Assembly (NCBI GenBank): GCA_963749495.1 | Contig: CAVVMW010000019.1 | Span: 96,001-160,000, forward strand | DNA from: an uncultured bacterium | Lineage (GTDB): Bacteria; Verrucomicrobiota; Verrucomicrobiia; Limisphaerales; UBA8199 | DNA length: 64,000 nt | Direction of reading: 5' to 3' | Notes under the pieces: model-generated | Seen by the model: the letters and a program-made list of their open reading frames with translations, nothing else | Database searches by the model: none | What the model was told of the DNA's origin: nothing | In this document: piece by piece, positions 63,390 through 64,000 of the stretch | How positions within the stretch are numbered: the first letter of the stretch is position 1 | How the letters are laid out: every line of letters begins with the position of its first letter | Made by a program: the position numbers and the translations under genes

Positions 63390-64000
63390 ATGAAACCCAA
63401 GCTCCTCATTGTGGATGACGACGAAGCAATTCGCACCCAGCTCAAGTGGGCGCTCAGCCAGGATTATGAGGTGATACTGGCCGAAGACCGGCCGGGCGCC
63501 CTGGATGCCTTCCGCGACCAGCGGCCGCCGGTGGTGCTCCTGGACCTGGGCCTGCCGCCTCATCCCCACGGCACCGAGGAGGGCTTTGACGCCTTGTCCG
63601 AGATGCTGGCCTACGACAGCCGCGCCAAGATCGTCATCTCGACCGGCCAGGGCGAGAGGCACAACGCCCTCGAAGCCGTCGGCGCGGGCGCCTGTGACTT
63701 TTTGTCGAAACCGGTCGCCATCGAAGAGCTGGAGGTCATCCTCAAGCGCACCTTCCACCTCGCGAGCATCGAGAGAGAATATCACGAGCTGCAGCAGCGG
63801 TTGGACGCCGAGGGCTTCGAAGGCATGCTCGGCACCAGCGCGCCGATGCACGCCGTCTTCACCTCCATCCGCAAAGTCGCCACCACCGATGCCCCCGTCC
63901 TCATCCTCGGCGAGAGCGGCACCGGCAAAGAGATGGCCGCCCTCGCCATCCACCGGCGCGGGCCGCGCAAGGCCGGCCCCTTCGTCGCCATCAATTGCGG
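63390..64000 (+). CDS. prsR: PEP-CTERM-box sigma-54 response regulator (truncated by window end)
   Basis: Manual translation gives MKPKLLIVDDDEAIRTQLKWAL...LLDLGLPP...GESGTGKE...PFVAINC. Confidence 0.92.
   Translation, partial: MKPKLLIVDDDEAIRTQLKWALSQDYEVILAEDRPGALDAFRDQRPPVVLLDLGLPPHPHGTEEGFDALSEMLAYDSRAKIVISTGQGERHNALEAVGAGACDFLSKPVAIEELEVILKRTFHLASIEREYHELQQRLDAEGFEGMLGTSAPMHAVFTSIRKVATTDAPVLILGESGTGKEMAALAIHRRGPRKAGPFVAINC

Noticed and set aside
1..64000. tRNA, rRNA, riboswitches, integrase and PEP/VPDSG-CTERM substrate genes
   Set aside because: None recognised by eye. Covariance-model and HMM searches would be needed to exclude them.

Overview
A bacterial surface or exopolysaccharide locus running almost entirely on the + strand. 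It is probably from Verrucomicrobiota, judged from the XrtC-like exosortase and the style of the secreted Ig-repeat proteins. In order it contains: (i) a secreted beta-helix protein, a Wzy-like protein, a deacetylase/ATP-grasp/PHP module, glycosyltransferases and a Wzx flippase; (ii) a ~1,490 aa DUF4038/Ig-repeat protein apparently inserted between 72-bp direct repeats; (iii) a CheR-like methyltransferase, a pyruvyl transferase and an aminotransferase; (iv) a putative lipid-linked-sugar module (GMC oxidoreductase, GtrA, SDR, GT2, DUF2304, GT-C); (v) a CDP-sugar cassette with DUF4910 and a C-methyltransferase; (vi) a second DUF4038 paralog; (vii) a luciferase-free LuxE/LuxC plus mini fatty-acid-synthase cassette (2 ACP, AMP ligase, 2 FabZ, FabH, 2 FabL-like, methyltransferase, acyltransferase), whose first gene is split by a complete 2,544-bp IS66-family element carrying a DUF4338/DruA-like ORF; and (viii) an exosortase system (beta-barrel, exosortase, PrsT-like, PrsK, PrsR). 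About eleven small indels break otherwise intact genes and are most likely sequencing or assembly errors. Several decayed gene remnants are also visible. All product calls come from motif recognition by eye; no database search was run.
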